Part shown: piece after piece, positions 63,555-64,000 of the stretch
How positions within the stretch are numbered: the first letter of the stretch is position 1
How the letters are laid out: each line of letters begins with the position of its first letter
Assembly (NCBI GenBank): GCA_965203355.1
Contig: OZ241889.1
Coordinates: 2,336,001 to 2,400,000, forward strand
From: Candidatus Latescibacterota bacterium
GTDB taxonomy: Bacteria > Latescibacterota > UBA2968 > UBA8231
Reading direction: 5' to 3'
DNA length: 64,000 nucleotides
The notes under the pieces: generated by a model
The model's database searches: none
Told to the model about the DNA's origin: nothing
The model's input: the letters and a program-made list of their open reading frames with translations, nothing else
Program-made: the position numbers and the translations under genes

Positions 63555-64000
63555 AATTCAAGACCAATGTCGCAATCGGCACAGTCTTCTTGGTGCTGTT
63601 GGCCTTTGTCTATTTTTACGAGATCAAAGGGGGTGAGGAACGCCGTCAAGAAGCCGAAAAATCCAAGCAGCTATTCGTCTTTCAAGACGACGATGCCCAG
63701 CGGCTTGAACTGTTGCGCGGCGCCGATGCCTTGGTGTTGGGCAAGGGAACGGGTGGCTGGAACCTGAGCGCGCCTATGACCGATGGCGCGGACCAAGAGG
63801 CCGTGGAGCGCTACTTGCGCAATTTGCGCGAGTGCGAGCGGGAAAAGGTGGTCGTCGATAGCGCGGCTGTGACCGCCGAGCAGGCCGCCCAGTACGGGCT
63901 TGATGCGCCGCAGCTCAAAGTGCGGTTGCAAACGGAAGATGGCACCGAGCAGGTGGTGGCTTTTGGGGCGGACAGTCCGACGGATCGCTTCACGTACGCC
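63551..64000 (+). CDS. DUF4340-like membrane-anchored protein, truncated by the window end
   Basis: AGGAG SD, ATGA overlap; N-terminal TM, W...P...AD, YGLDAP; usual partner of GldG. Confidence 0.75.
   Translation, partial: MKFKTNVAIGTVFLVLLAFVYFYEIKGGEERRQEAEKSKQLFVFQDDDAQRLELLRGADALVLGKGTGGWNLSAPMTDGADQEAVERYLRNLRECEREKVVVDSAAVTAEQAAQYGLDAPQLKVRLQTEDGTEQVVAFGADSPTDRFTYA

Overview
This is a GC-rich bacterial chromosome segment with no CRISPR array, rRNA or recognisable mobile element. The central ~28.6 kb (20.8-49.4 kb) is one co-oriented core cluster: tRNA-Gly/Thr, rpmG, tRNA-Trp, secE, nusG, rplKAJL, rpoBC, rpsLG, fusA, tuf, then the S10, spc and alpha operons. The cluster lacks rplC (L3), and RpoB carries substitutions at two classic rifamycin-resistance positions. 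The left arm holds metabolic genes, an infC that probably starts at ATC, zapA, an FAD/Fe-S dehydrogenase-divergent Rid-FmdB-LarA operon and greA. It also holds an sbcD-sbcC-ygfZ operon ending in a DinB derivative that lacks the fingers domain and catalytic residues but keeps a beta-clamp motif; this is my best candidate for an undescribed system. The right arm holds rlmD, a sigma54 activator with a degenerate receiver domain, a ClpX-like ATPase without the zinc domain, envelope TPR proteins, and a MoxR-DUF58-GldA/F/G-DUF4340 operon whose GldG module is tandemly duplicated. Terminator-like or palindromic structures lie upstream of greA, nusG, rpoB and zapA. All calls come from reading motifs by eye; no database searches were run.
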